In this document: positions 1-9,962 of the stretch, in pieces
Position numbering within the stretch: the first letter of the stretch is position 1
Layout of the letters: each line of letters opens with the position of its first letter
NCBI RefSeq assembly: GCF_041911495.1
Contig: NZ_JAYROT010000062.1
Coordinates: forward strand, 1,653 to 65,652
Length of the DNA stretch: 64,000 bases
Reading direction: 5' to 3'
Source of the DNA: Acinetobacter sp.
Lineage (GTDB): Bacteria; Pseudomonadota; Gammaproteobacteria; Pseudomonadales; Moraxellaceae
Made by a program: the position numbers and the translations under genes
Notes under the pieces: generated by a model
Told to the model about the DNA's origin: nothing
What the model saw: the letters and a program-made list of their open reading frames with translations, nothing else
Database searches by the model: none

Positions 1-2
1 CA

Positions 3-551
3 CCTGAGTTGGATGTGAATGCTTTTTCTGCGGGTGCAAAAGCGGGACATAGCAAAGAAACTTTCCCAATGACGGAAGATGAAGTCAAAGTTGCTTATCA
101 AGAGTTTATTGCTGCTCAACAAAATGCTGCGGTACCTGCTGAGCAAGCCGTAACTCAAATGCCTGCGCCAGACGCATCTGCTGATGTCGCTTTCTTAAAA
201 GATAACGGTAGTAAACCAAATGTCAAAACGACTGCTTCAGGCTTACAGTACACCGTTGATAAAGAAGGCTCTGGCAAGCAACCGAAAGCCACAGATACCG
301 TCCGTGTCCATTACGAAGGCAAGTTGCTTAATGATCAAATCTTCGACAGTTCTTTTGCGCGTGGAGAACCTGTCGAGTTCGGTTTAAATCAAGTCATTCC
401 TGGTTGGACTGAAGGTTTACAATTGATGAAAGAAGGTGCTGTATATACCTTCTACATTCCTTCTGAGCTTGGTTATGGTGTGCAAGGCAAAGGCCCTATT
501 CCACCAAACAGCACTTTGATCTTCAAGGTACAGCTCATCAAAGTGATGTAA
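3..551 (+). CDS. FKBP-type peptidyl-prolyl isomerase (FkpA/Mip-like), 5' end outside window
   Basis: FKBP core TASGLQY...VRVHYEGKL...FDSS...GEPVEF...VIPGWTEGL...YGVQG.GPIPPNSTLIF; the frame is open to the left window edge. Confidence 0.9.
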   Translation, partial: PELDVNAFSAGAKAGHSKETFPMTEDEVKVAYQEFIAAQQNAAVPAEQAVTQMPAPDASADVAFLKDNGSKPNVKTTASGLQYTVDKEGSGKQPKATDTVRVHYEGKLLNDQIFDSSFARGEPVEFGLNQVIPGWTEGLQLMKEGAVYTFYIPSELGYGVQGKGPIPPNSTLIFKVQLIKVM

Positions 552-791
552 TTTGAATTTTATCGTCAATAAGCCTTCATTATTTGCGGGCTTTTTTTAT
601 TGCTGATTATAAGTATATCATATTGATTTTCTATTACAAAAACATACAACCAGTACAATAAATTATTGTAATGTGATGTCAAAGTGGTTCTCCGTTTGGC
701 TATAAGCTTAAAGCATGTAGCACTTGCTAAAAACAGCTAAACGACATCCAATAGAATCAAGTTGTGTCGGTGAAACAAAAAAGTTGGAATA

Positions 792-1484
792 ATGATGAAA
801 AAAATTGCCTTAGTAAGCCTCATGCTCATCGCAGGCCAAAGCTTTGCAGCAGAGAAAGTAACAGAAAAGAGTAGTGAACGTGTTCAAGCCGGTTATAGTT
901 TTGGCTATTTAGTCGGTCGTTCAAACAGTAATGCCTTAGATGACTTAGATTTGGATAGCTTTTTTGAAGGTTTCAAACAGGGCTTCGAAGGTAAAGAATC
1001 GTCGCTGAGCAATGAACAGATGATCAGCATTTTAAATCAATATAAGAAAAAATCTGAAGCAGCTGAGTTGGTCGAATTCAAAAAACTTGCTGATAAAAAC
1101 CTGACTCAAGGACAATCTTTCCTTGCGGATAATGCCAAAAAATCAGGCATTAAAGTGACCGAATCAGGCTTGCAGTATCAGATCGTCAAGCAAGGTTCTG
1201 GTAAAAAACCATCAGCAACCAGTAAAGTACTTGTGCATTATGAAGGTCGTTTGATCGACGGCACAGTATTTGATAGCTCCATCGCACGTGATCAACCAAT
1301 CTCTTTTCCACTCAATAAAGTCATTGCAGGTTGGCAAGAAGGTTTGCAGCTCATGCAAGAAGGCGATCAATATCGTTTATTCATCCCTGCAAAATTGGCT
1401 TATGGTGAAACAGGTGCAGGTGCAAATATCCCGCCAAATAGTGCTTTGATCTTCGATGTACAGCTATTAAAAGTGGAATCATAA
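792..1484 (+). CDS. FKBP-type peptidyl-prolyl isomerase with signal peptide (FkpA/FklB-like)
   Basis: Signal peptide MKKIALVSLMLIAGQSFA; N-domain GYSFGY; FKBP core VHYEGRLIDGTVFDSS...VIAGWQEGL...IPPNSALIFDVQL. Confidence 0.9.
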   Translation: MMKKIALVSLMLIAGQSFAAEKVTEKSSERVQAGYSFGYLVGRSNSNALDDLDLDSFFEGFKQGFEGKESSLSNEQMISILNQYKKKSEAAELVEFKKLADKNLTQGQSFLADNAKKSGIKVTESGLQYQIVKQGSGKKPSATSKVLVHYEGRLIDGTVFDSSIARDQPISFPLNKVIAGWQEGLQLMQEGDQYRLFIPAKLAYGETGAGANIPPNSALIFDVQLLKVES

Positions 1485-1514
1485 AACCTATTACAGAAGA
1501 ACTTTATCATCAAA

Positions 1515-1538
1515 AAATGCCACAATCTTGTGGCATTT
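1515..1538. terminator. Bidirectional intrinsic terminator between the convergent FKBP gene and rph
   Basis: AAATGCCACAA-TC-TTGTGGCATTT inverted repeat with A/T flanks. Confidence 0.65.
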
Positions 1539-1574
1539 GTTGTCTTCGGTGTTGATCTAAATTAAAAAAGGAAA

Positions 1575-2291
1575 TTACCAACCTAAAGCTTTTTGTTGTT
1601 CCTCAACAAGCTGTTTAATCCCTTCTTCCGCCAATGCCAACATTTGATTGGCTTGTTCACGAGTAAATGGTTTTTCTTCGGCTGTACCTTGGATTTCGAT
1701 AAATTCACCTGACTGGGTCATCACCACATTCAAGTCTGTTTCACACGTTGAATCTTCATCATAATTTAGATCTAGTAATGCTTCGCCATTATGGATACCC
1801 ACAGATACCGCAGCGACTAACCCTTTCAGCGGATCATTTTTAATTTTTTTCTTTTCTAGCAATACATTCATCGCATCAATCAATGCAACTGCCGCACCTG
1901 TGATCGACGCTGTACGTGTACCACCGTCCGCTTGGATCACATCACAGTCAATAGTAATAGTATTTTCACCGAGCTTTTTCAGATCCACCATCGCACGTAG
2001 GCTACGACCAATTAGGCGTTGAATCTCTTGAGTACGACCGCTTTGCTTACCACGTGCTGCTTCACGGTCCGAACGAGTATGCGTCGAACGTGGCAACATA
2101 CCATATTCCGCAGTGACCCAACCTTGTCCCTGACCTTTGAGGAAGCGAGGCACGCTGTTCTCAATGCTCGCAGTACAAAGCACTTTGGTATGCCCAAACT
2201 CGACCAAAACCGAACCTTCTGCATAGCGTGTATAGTTGCGTGTGATTTTGATTGGGCGGAGTTGGTTTTCAGCACGTTGATCTATGCGCAT
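1575..2291 (-). CDS. rph: Ribonuclease PH
   Basis: [65 protein letters not shown]. Confidence 0.97.
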   Translation of the reverse strand: MRIDQRAENQLRPIKITRNYTRYAEGSVLVEFGHTKVLCTASIENSVPRFLKGQGQGWVTAEYGMLPRSTHTRSDREAARGKQSGRTQEIQRLIGRSLRAMVDLKKLGENTITIDCDVIQADGGTRTASITGAAVALIDAMNVLLEKKKIKNDPLKGLVAAVSVGIHNGEALLDLNYDEDSTCETDLNVVMTQSGEFIEIQGTAEEKPFTREQANQMLALAEEGIKQLVEEQQKALGW

Positions 2292-2423
2292 GGTCGATCC
2301 TTATAAAAATGGTTTAAAAATATTTGGGAAATTTTGAGGAAACAAATTAATAGCACAGTTTGCTCAGGGCTTGAGGCAAAAGTATAACAACCGAATATGA
2401 CAAAGCCTAGCCATTTACAGGCA

Positions 2424-2993
2424 TCAGCGTTTAATAAAAGTTTCAATCTGTTGTCGATACTTGCCATTATCGGCAAAACGATGATCCTCAAACTCATCGA
2501 CAATGATGTTGGCTTTCGGCAAAGTGTCGATCGCAATCTGATAGTCTAAGACCTCATCCTGCTTTGCCAATAGCATCAATATCTTAGACTGATCAAGCTG
2601 TTGGAACGATGCAGAAGATAACTGTGCAGATAATTGCTGGAGCTCATCGACCTGTTGCTGTGACCATGTAAATTGCTCACCATTATAACGTGTCACCGTA
2701 CCAATATATTTCTGTAAGGTGTGCGGAGATTGTAAAGCAGGATTAATCAGCACCAATTTCACAGGAAATTGCATGGCAAGTAATAGCCCATAAAACCCGC
2801 CCAGCGAACTACCGACGATCGTGGTGATCTGTTCTTTTTTTATCAGTGCGGATAAATCATTCAAATCACTAAGCGGTCGATGATTCAGATCAGGTGCAAA
2901 AACATCATTACCAAACCATTGTTTGAGTTGCAAAGATTTCACACCATGACCAACTGATGCAAAGCCATGAATAAATAGAATTTTTTCTGACAT
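2424..2993 (-). CDS. YqiA/YcfP-family alpha/beta hydrolase (esterase)
   Basis: IHGFAS oxyanion motif, GSSLGG nucleophile elbow, LINPA, QDEVLDY acid residue, DHRF catalytic His. Confidence 0.85.
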   Translation of the reverse strand: MSEKILFIHGFASVGHGVKSLQLKQWFGNDVFAPDLNHRPLSDLNDLSALIKKEQITTIVGSSLGGFYGLLLAMQFPVKLVLINPALQSPHTLQKYIGTVTRYNGEQFTWSQQQVDELQQLSAQLSSASFQQLDQSKILMLLAKQDEVLDYQIAIDTLPKANIIVDEFEDHRFADNGKYRQQIETFIKR

Positions 2994-3116
2994 ATTGAAA
3001 TTTATACAGTTTGAAGAAGTTTACTTATTTTAGCGAAAAAAAGAGCTAGCGAACACACCTACTAGCTCCATGCAAGAAACGAAATTTTTGATTTAAATTT
3101 GAAGCACTTACTTCAG

Positions 3117-4280
3117 TTATTTTGACAACAACTTCCCAAAACGAGCTTTAAATTTGTTTTGAACCTCAGCTTTCCATTGCTGGCGTTCATCTTTATTTGA
3201 TACAGACATTTTTGCCAATCGAGTCCACACTGTCGCAAACTGTGCATTAAAACTTGCACTGTTGTAGTTGACACCAAACTCTTCGCACACAGCACGAACT
3301 TTTGGTGCAACTTCCTGATAACGATTGGCAGGCATATCGGGGAATAAGCGATGCTCAATCTGATGACTCAAATTACCACTTAAAAAGTGCATCCATTTGC
3401 CTCCTGTGAAGTTACTTGAACCACGGATTTGGCGTAAATACCACTCTGCACGTGTTTCAGTCGCTGTGTTATCTGGCTCAAAGTTTTCTGCATCTTCGGT
3501 AAAGTGACCATTAAAAATCACTGCCGATGACCATAGGTTACGGATAATATTCGCTGTTGCATTGGCTGTAAGTACAGGAATAAAGTTTACTGTGGCAATG
3601 ACAGGGAAAAATACATAGTCCTTCAAGATTTGACGTGTGGCTTTATTACGGAAATTCGCCGAATCCTGCCAAACTTGCGCCCATGTTTTGGTTTTATACG
3701 CAATGGCATCTTCTAAATGTAAGTTTTGCACACCCACATACCACTCGAAGAACACCATCAATTGAATCGCCAAAGGAATATTCCATAAAAAGCGTGGCTC
3801 CCAAGCCTGCTCGTCACTGACCCTAAGCAAGCCATAGCCGACATCGTGATCCATACCGACAATATTGGTATAGGTATGATGAATATAATTGTGCGTATGT
3901 CGCCAATCATCACCAGTGCAAACATTATCCCAGTCAAAGTCTTTGCCACGCAAGCTGTCATCATTCAACCAGTCATATTGGCCGTGCATGACATTGTGAC
4001 CAAGCTCCATATTTTCAACGATCTTAGACACCCCCAACATGCTTGTGCCAAGTAACCACACAGGTGGTAACCACCCTGCAAACATCAACATGCCACGTGA
4101 TGCGATCTCGGTATAACGCACAAAGTTACGGACTTTGTAAATATATTTTGCGTCTTTCTCGCCTAAATCGTCCATCACCTCTTGGCAAATGGCATCAATC
4201 TTGGCACCAAATGCTTCGATTTGGTCTGCTGTTAAATATTTTGATTTGCTATTTAACGGAAATTTCACTGCTGTATTCAT
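3117..4280 (-). CDS. Membrane acyl-CoA/fatty acid desaturase (DesA3/DesB-like); third His box altered
   Basis: His boxes HNVMH and HNYIHH; third box reads QIEHR instead of QIEHH; paired with the upstream reductase. Confidence 0.88.
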   Translation of the reverse strand: MNTAVKFPLNSKSKYLTADQIEAFGAKIDAICQEVMDDLGEKDAKYIYKVRNFVRYTEIASRGMLMFAGWLPPVWLLGTSMLGVSKIVENMELGHNVMHGQYDWLNDDSLRGKDFDWDNVCTGDDWRHTHNYIHHTYTNIVGMDHDVGYGLLRVSDEQAWEPRFLWNIPLAIQLMVFFEWYVGVQNLHLEDAIAYKTKTWAQVWQDSANFRNKATRQILKDYVFFPVIATVNFIPVLTANATANIIRNLWSSAVIFNGHFTEDAENFEPDNTATETRAEWYLRQIRGSSNFTGGKWMHFLSGNLSHQIEHRLFPDMPANRYQEVAPKVRAVCEEFGVNYNSASFNAQFATVWTRLAKMSVSNKDERQQWKAEVQNKFKARFGKLLSK

Positions 4281-4325
4281 GGCTATTTTCCTCGTATTTG
4301 TTTTTCTAGGATTGAAATAAATGGA

Positions 4326-5369
4326 TTAAAGATCAATGGTGACAGGGCTTAGCGCCTGACTGACACACAATTTAATCTGTTGATTGTCAATTTGATCAAT
4401 TTCACCTGTGATAATGTTCTTAGTGACACCACTGACTTTAGTACACGTGCAACTATTACAGATCCCCATACGACAACCTGAAGTTGGGCGAAGTCCTGCA
4501 TCTTCAGCACTTTCCAAAAGTGTTTTGGTGGCGATGAAGTCACGCTGTGCTCGGCGGAAGGTAATCGGTTGCTCTGTTGCACTATCGTCTACACATGGTT
4601 GAAAGTATTCACTATGCAACTGATTTGAAATATCATGCATTGCAAAAATGGCTTTTGCACTTTTCATCAACGGTGTTGAACCACAGATATAAGTATTGAT
4701 AGATTTCCAATCTGCGCACCGCTCTGTCAATAAAGCTTCATCTAAATACTGTTTAGAGCTACTTGTATCAATGAAGTGATAATGAAACTGTGGATACTGC
4801 TGACTCAAGTGCTCAAGTTCCACGTGGAACACTGGCGCACGGTTGAAATAAATCAAATGTATTGATTCAAGGTTTTGTGCAATGGCTTGCTTCACCATTG
4901 CATAGATCGTCGTAATACCGCTGCCTGATGCAATCATCAATGCGGATGCTTTGCCATGATGTAGAACAAAATCGCCTTGCACTTGAGAGATTTCCACCAC
5001 GATGTCATCTGCGGATTTGCAGAGATAGTCTGAAACCAAACCTTGTGCTTTAATACCTAAAACAATTTGACCTTTGGCATCATTATCAACAATCGAGTAA
5101 CTACGTTGATGATGCACACCATGCACTTGCACAGTGACTAAGACTGACTGCCCTGCTTGCCATTGACTTTTGAATTTTGGATTGTCTGCCAAAACCACTT
5201 TGTACATATCATTGCCCAAAGTTTGACGTGCAATGATCGAGGTTTTGATTTTGCGCAACGACCATAGTGGGTTGAACTGTGCTAGGACAAAGTCGACAAA
5301 GTCTTCTTTGATCCAATGTGGTTGATAAGATGTGTTAGATATTGCTACGTGAGTTACTGCTGTGTTCAT
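4326..5369 (-). CDS. Ferredoxin-NAD(P) reductase-like FAD/2Fe-2S oxidoreductase, desaturase partner
   Basis: RSYSI FAD motif, IASGSGIT NAD motif, YICGS, C-terminal GCRMGICNSCTC...C 2Fe-2S motif. Confidence 0.88.
   Translation of the reverse strand: MNTAVTHVAISNTSYQPHWIKEDFVDFVLAQFNPLWSLRKIKTSIIARQTLGNDMYKVVLADNPKFKSQWQAGQSVLVTVQVHGVHHQRSYSIVDNDAKGQIVLGIKAQGLVSDYLCKSADDIVVEISQVQGDFVLHHGKASALMIASGSGITTIYAMVKQAIAQNLESIHLIYFNRAPVFHVELEHLSQQYPQFHYHFIDTSSSKQYLDEALLTERCADWKSINTYICGSTPLMKSAKAIFAMHDISNQLHSEYFQPCVDDSATEQPITFRRAQRDFIATKTLLESAEDAGLRPTSGCRMGICNSCTCTKVSGVTKNIITGEIDQIDNQQIKLCVSQALSPVTIDL
4816..4831. other. parS-like centromere site inside the reductase CDS
   Basis: AGTTCCACGTGGAACA; only the first base departs from the parS palindrome TGTT(T/C)CACGTG(A/G)AACA. 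Confidence 0.6.
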
Positions 5370-5402
5370 GCTCGCGTTCCTCTTTGCTGCTGGTTTTTAT
5401 TG

Positions 5403-5477
5403 AGTGAACATATGTACTCTAAGAGAACATGTGTGCACTATATCTGCAGTTTTAATTTAAGTCAGCACTTGTACACT
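5403..5477. promoter_or_regulatory. Three FabR/DesT-type 18-bp operators in the divergent promoter
   Basis: AGTGAACATATGTACTCT (5403-5420), AGAGAACATGTGTGCACT (5422-5439), AGTCAGCACTTGTACACT (5460-5477); AG..ACA..TGT..CT pattern as in FabR/DesT sites. Confidence 0.65.
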
Positions 5478-5558
5478 GAATTTTTTTAGGTCAATTTCTT
5501 CTTTTTTGCTAGACTGTGGCTTTCCATATGTCTTTATTGCATTTTTTGAGTTTAATCC

Positions 5559-6203
5559 ATGTCGATTCGTGATGAACGCAAACAACAAAGTCGCCAAGCT
5601 TTGCTTGATGCAGCACTTAAGCTCAGCACATCAGGGCGTTCATTTAGCACCATTAGCTTGCGTGAAATCGCTCGTGAGGTTGGTTTAGTACCAACGGCGT
5701 TTTATCGTCATTTTGAAGATATGGATCAGCTCGGTTGCAACTTGGTCGAACAAGTTTCTTTGCGTTTAAGAGAAGTCATATTGCAACTACGTCAGGGTTA
5801 TTTCATTCAACAAAATGCCAAAACGCGTAGCAGTATCGAATTATTTTTTAAAGCCGTGGATGAAAGCCCGCAAGATTGGTTATTCTTTATTGCTGAGCGT
5901 TGGGGCGGATCACTTGCAGTACGCCAAGAAATTGCCAATGAAATTGATATTTTGATCGCAGGACTGGGTAATGATCTGACGGAAAGTACCAGTTTTAAAC
6001 ATGTGGAAAGTGCTGAAGACTTGATGGTGATCTCGACCATTTTGATCAACTTATCATTTACTTGGGCGATGACGTGGCGCAATATGCGTGAAAATCTGAG
6101 CTCACCACAGCTCGAAACAGAGCAACAGCAATATATTGATCAAGTGACGGTACAGGTAAGATTACTGTTCCGTGGCATTGAAAATTGGCAAAGTGCTGAA
6201 TAA
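5559..6203 (+). CDS. TetR-family regulator, FabR/DesT-like
   Basis: N-terminal HTH ISLREIAREVGLVPTAFYRHF; divergent from the desaturase operon. Confidence 0.88.
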   Translation: MSIRDERKQQSRQALLDAALKLSTSGRSFSTISLREIAREVGLVPTAFYRHFEDMDQLGCNLVEQVSLRLREVILQLRQGYFIQQNAKTRSSIELFFKAVDESPQDWLFFIAERWGGSLAVRQEIANEIDILIAGLGNDLTESTSFKHVESAEDLMVISTILINLSFTWAMTWRNMRENLSSPQLETEQQQYIDQVTVQVRLLFRGIENWQSAE

Positions 6204-6251
6204 AACAGCATTTCTATTTTCAAATTAGAACCTCACCGAAAATTTGTGCAT

Positions 6252-6281
6252 AAAAAAGCCCGAACTATTTCGAGCTTTTTA
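6252..6281. terminator. Bidirectional terminator between the TetR gene and dsbA
   Basis: AAAAAAGCCCGAA...TTCGAGCTTTTT hairpin with A/T tracts. Confidence 0.6.
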
Positions 6282-6306
6282 AAACTAAGCACTTTTAAAT
6301 CATCTA

Positions 6307-6939
6307 TTACGATGCTTTCTTCATGCCTTGGCGTTCTTTGTTGACCAAATAATTCACGACTTGAATAACACGTTGACTATCACCATGCACGATGTACTTA
6401 CCATTGACAACTACCGCAGGTACACCTGTCAATTGATAATGCATTGCCAAGTTTTTGGCTTTGTTGATTTTGCCTGTGATCGCGAATGAATTGAACAAGC
6501 TGTTAAATTTCTTGGTATCTGCACCATATTTGGTATAGAACTGCGCCAAAGATGCTTGATCAAAAATCTGTTGACCACCTTTGTGGATCGCATCAAATAA
6601 TGGGATATGCGCTTTACGACGGATTTTCAATGCTTCAGATACATAGTAACCACGTGCATTTTGCTCCCAAACTGGATTCATCGCCGCAGGTGTACGCACA
6701 AAGTTTACGTCTTTTGGCAATTTGCGAAGCCATTTTTGCATTGGGTGCTCTAGGCTGTAGCAGTGTCCACAACCATACCAAAAAAACTCACGCACCTCGA
6801 TCTTGCCAGCAACGTCCACTTTGCCTACTTTTGGTGCCAATTTATAATCTCTTCCTTCGATAAATTGTTCTGCGGCAAACGTCATTCCTGAAACTGTCAT
6901 CACTGCAGCAGACATTACCGTTAAAGCAAGCTTTTTCAT
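6307..6939 (-). CDS. dsbA: Thiol:disulfide interchange protein DsbA
   Basis: Signal peptide from MKKLALTV; EFFWYGCGHCY active site; cis-Pro GVPA. Confidence 0.92.
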   Translation of the reverse strand: MKKLALTVMSAAVMTVSGMTFAAEQFIEGRDYKLAPKVGKVDVAGKIEVREFFWYGCGHCYSLEHPMQKWLRKLPKDVNFVRTPAAMNPVWEQNARGYYVSEALKIRRKAHIPLFDAIHKGGQQIFDQASLAQFYTKYGADTKKFNSLFNSFAITGKINKAKNLAMHYQLTGVPAVVVNGKYIVHGDSQRVIQVVNYLVNKERQGMKKAS

Positions 6940-7165
6940 TGGTCTATACGTCCTCATCATCTTGAATAATTTTTTAAGTGTTCACACTATAAAGGATATT
7001 AAATAAAATAAATATAGAGTAAATAGGGACGAATCGTTTTAATCTGTGAACAGATTTTTGTTCGTTGATTACGATTAATAATGTTCTTCACTGGTATTCT
7101 AAGCTAAGCTAGGATAATCCGTTTATTTATAGAATAATTTTCCATTTTCCCAAAGGTACTGAGAT

Positions 7166-7951
7166 ATGACCACACCCAATGTCGATGCCCAAGAGATCGC
7201 CAAATTTGAAGCTTTGGCAGATAAATGGTGGGATCAACACTCCGAATTTCGCCCTTTGCATCAGATCAATCCGCTACGTCTAAATTGGATTGATGAAAAG
7301 TCTGGTGGACTCACAGGCAAGAAGATTCTCGATGTCGGCTGTGGTGGTGGTATTCTGGCGGAAAGTATGGCACGTCGTGCAGGTTCTGTACTCGGTATTG
7401 ATATGGGTGAAGCACCGCTTGCGGTTGGACGTATCCATGCCGAGCAAGAAGGTGTAAATAATATCGAGTATAAGCAAATTCCAGTTGAACAACTCGCATT
7501 AGAACAGGCAGGTCAATATGATGTCGTGACCTGTATGGAGATGCTCGAACATGTGCCTGATCCTGCGTCTATCGTAAAAGCCTGCTTTGATTTAGTGAAG
7601 CCCGATGGTCATGTATTCTTCTCAACCATCAACCGTAATCCGAAGTCGTACCTATTTGCGATTATCGGTGCGGAGTATGTACTTCGCATGTTGCCTCGTG
7701 GTACGCATGATTATCACAAATTCATTCGCCCTTCTGAATTGGCAGGTGCGATTCGTGGTGCAGGTTTGGAACTCAAAGCCATGACCGGACTGCATTACAA
7801 CCCACTGACCAAATACTATTGGCTTGCTCCGAATGTCGATGTCAACTATATGGTGCACACGGTCAAGCCTGCTGTAGCCACATCTACTGAAAAAGCATCA
7901 AATAAAACTGCTGAAAAAAGCAAAACATCTCAAGTAGGTAACGAGGCATGA
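7166..7951 (+). CDS. ubiG: Ubiquinone biosynthesis O-methyltransferase
   Basis: [13 protein letters not shown]...[40 protein letters not shown]. Confidence 0.97.
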   Translation: MTTPNVDAQEIAKFEALADKWWDQHSEFRPLHQINPLRLNWIDEKSGGLTGKKILDVGCGGGILAESMARRAGSVLGIDMGEAPLAVGRIHAEQEGVNNIEYKQIPVEQLALEQAGQYDVVTCMEMLEHVPDPASIVKACFDLVKPDGHVFFSTINRNPKSYLFAIIGAEYVLRMLPRGTHDYHKFIRPSELAGAIRGAGLELKAMTGLHYNPLTKYYWLAPNVDVNYMVHTVKPAVATSTEKASNKTAEKSKTSQVGNEA

Positions 7952-8628
7952 TCAAAGCGGTTTTATTCGACCTTGATGGCACCTTGATCGACACAGCAGC
8001 AGACTTTATTCGCATCATTCAAGCCATGTGCCGTGAAGGTAGTGTTGAGGTCGTATCTGCCGAACGCATTCGCACTCAAGTGTCTGAAGGTGCTCGTGCT
8101 ATGGTGCGTTTGGTCTACCCTGAGTTAGAAGTTACCGATCCTAGATTTCTAGAACTCCGTCAAGCTTTCCTTGATCGCTACGGTGCAGATATTGCAGTGG
8201 ATACCATGCTATTTGAGGGGATGGATGAACTACTCATTCAGCTTGAACAGCGCAGTATTCCGTGGGGCATTGTCACCAATAAACCTCGTGGACTCAGTGA
8301 AGCCTTACTCAAAGCCCTGAATCTGACTGAGCGTTGTGCGGTCTTGGTTTGTCCTGATGATGTCAAAAATACCAAACCTGATCCAGAGCCAATGTTTCTT
8401 GCTGCATCACAGCTCAATATCGACGCAGAGCAAATCATCTATGTCGGTGATCATCCTCGTGATATTGATGCAGGGAAAAATGCCAATATGCCAACGATAC
8501 TGGCTGCCTATGGCTATCTTCCACCTGAGTCAGCAGATGACTTGGAAGCGTGGGGTGCAGATTATATTGTGCAAGATGTTGCTGAGTTATCTGATTTAGT
8601 ACTGTCATTGGTTAATCAATACATTTGA
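7948..8628 (+). CDS. HAD-IA phosphatase (phosphoglycolate phosphatase / MupP-like)
   Basis: [30 protein letters not shown]; 4-bp overlap with ubiG. Confidence 0.88.
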   Translation: MIKAVLFDLDGTLIDTAADFIRIIQAMCREGSVEVVSAERIRTQVSEGARAMVRLVYPELEVTDPRFLELRQAFLDRYGADIAVDTMLFEGMDELLIQLEQRSIPWGIVTNKPRGLSEALLKALNLTERCAVLVCPDDVKNTKPDPEPMFLAASQLNIDAEQIIYVGDHPRDIDAGKNANMPTILAAYGYLPPESADDLEAWGADYIVQDVAELSDLVLSLVNQYI

Positions 8629-8752
8629 AAGGTAAAAGTAGTGCAAAGTCATTAACAAATATCCTTTGACTTTGCATGTGCTTTGACCGATAAATAAAAT
8701 GATCTATTCAACAATTTCTACAATGAATTACCCATACCACTAGAGGTTCCGC

Positions 8753-9499
8753 ATGGATTTTAAAAGCTATCAACCTGATCCTGATTTACTCAAAGGTCGC
8801 GTCATTCTTGTGACGGGTTGTGGCGATGGTATTGGTCGTGCCGCAGCGATTAACTATGCACTTCACGGCGCAACAGTGGTATTGCATGGTCGTAGTATTA
8901 ATAAGCTTGAAATTATTTATGATGAGATCGAAGCACTTGGCGCACCACAACCTGCGATTTTACCATTGCAACTATCCAGTGCATCTGCACATGATTATGA
9001 CACCTTGTTTCATACCTTAGACAAGCAATTTGGTCGCCTTGACGGCATCTTGCATAATGCAGGGATTTTGGGTGAGCGAGTGACGCTTGAGAACTATCCT
9101 GCGGAGGTGTGGGATGAGGTGCTCAATGTCAATCTGCGTGCTCCTTTTGTCCTGACCCAAGCTTTGTTGCCTCTTTTAAAACGCTCTGACAGCGCATCCA
9201 TTATCTTTACCAGTAGCGGCGTCGGTCGTGATGCACGTGCAGAATGGGGGGCATATTCTGTATCGAAATTTGGTGTAGAAGCGTTAAGCCAAATCTTTGC
9301 ACGTGAATTTGCTGATCAAGACAATATTCGTTTTAACTGTATCAATCCTGGAGGCACACGCACAGCGATGCGTGCCAAAGCTTATCCAAGTGAAGATCCA
9401 AAAACCTTGCCGATACCTGAAGACATCATGCCTGCATATCTGTACCTCATGGGTAAAGACAGTCATGCCGTGACTGGTGAAAGTATTGATGCGCAGTAG
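8753..9499 (+). CDS. YciK-family short-chain dehydrogenase/reductase
   Basis: TGCGDGIG, HNAGILG, YSVSK catalytic motif, INPGGTRTAMRAKAYP; usual ubiG-HAD-yciK order. Confidence 0.9.
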   Translation: MDFKSYQPDPDLLKGRVILVTGCGDGIGRAAAINYALHGATVVLHGRSINKLEIIYDEIEALGAPQPAILPLQLSSASAHDYDTLFHTLDKQFGRLDGILHNAGILGERVTLENYPAEVWDEVLNVNLRAPFVLTQALLPLLKRSDSASIIFTSSGVGRDARAEWGAYSVSKFGVEALSQIFAREFADQDNIRFNCINPGGTRTAMRAKAYPSEDPKTLPIPEDIMPAYLYLMGKDSHAVTGESIDAQ

Positions 9500-9508
9500 A
9501 TTTTAAGT

Positions 9509-9796
9509 AACCTCAGTTTGACATAAGATGAGTAAAAATTATCTGATTCGTGGGAGCGTCAGTCGCATTGTTCGAGGGCAGAACAGCTTTAGCAAAATGA
9601 CGTTTTTCAAGGTATGGGATAAATTTTAGTGTATGACCGAGTTTGCGGCTGACAAATGGTTTTGCTTACTTTTCCCGAAAGAAAAGTGAGTCGAACCGAA
9701 GGTTAATCCCGAAATGTGAGTATACACCGCAAGACCTTGTCTAAAATACTTTTACTTTTTAATTACATGCAACACAAACTTCATCGAACTCAGGTT
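9509..9796. mobile_element. 288-bp non-autonomous structured element (MITE-like)
   Basis: Left end AACCTCAGTTTGACATAAG and right end (reverse complement) AACCTGAGTTCGATGAAG are imperfect IRs; AAGT directly flanks both ends; internal hairpins; no ORF. Confidence 0.6.
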
Positions 9797-9880
9797 AAGT
9801 TATTTCAGAAATTATTCTCGATGTTTTATAGGTAAATCTCCAAAACCCATCAGTTGTCGTAAGCATCCAAAAAATTAAAA

Positions 9881-9918
9881 GCACAAAATCACTTTTGCGC
9901 GCGAAAGTGATTTTGTGC
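9881..9918. terminator. Long hairpin downstream of alkB, probable terminator
   Basis: GCACAAAATCACTTT-N8-AAAGTGATTTTGTGC, perfect 15-bp stem, A-tract on the left (U-tract for the minus strand). Confidence 0.6.
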
Positions 9919-9962
9919 AACGTCTCAAGGGCTACCGACCTCCAAGCCTGCCTTTTCAAAAA

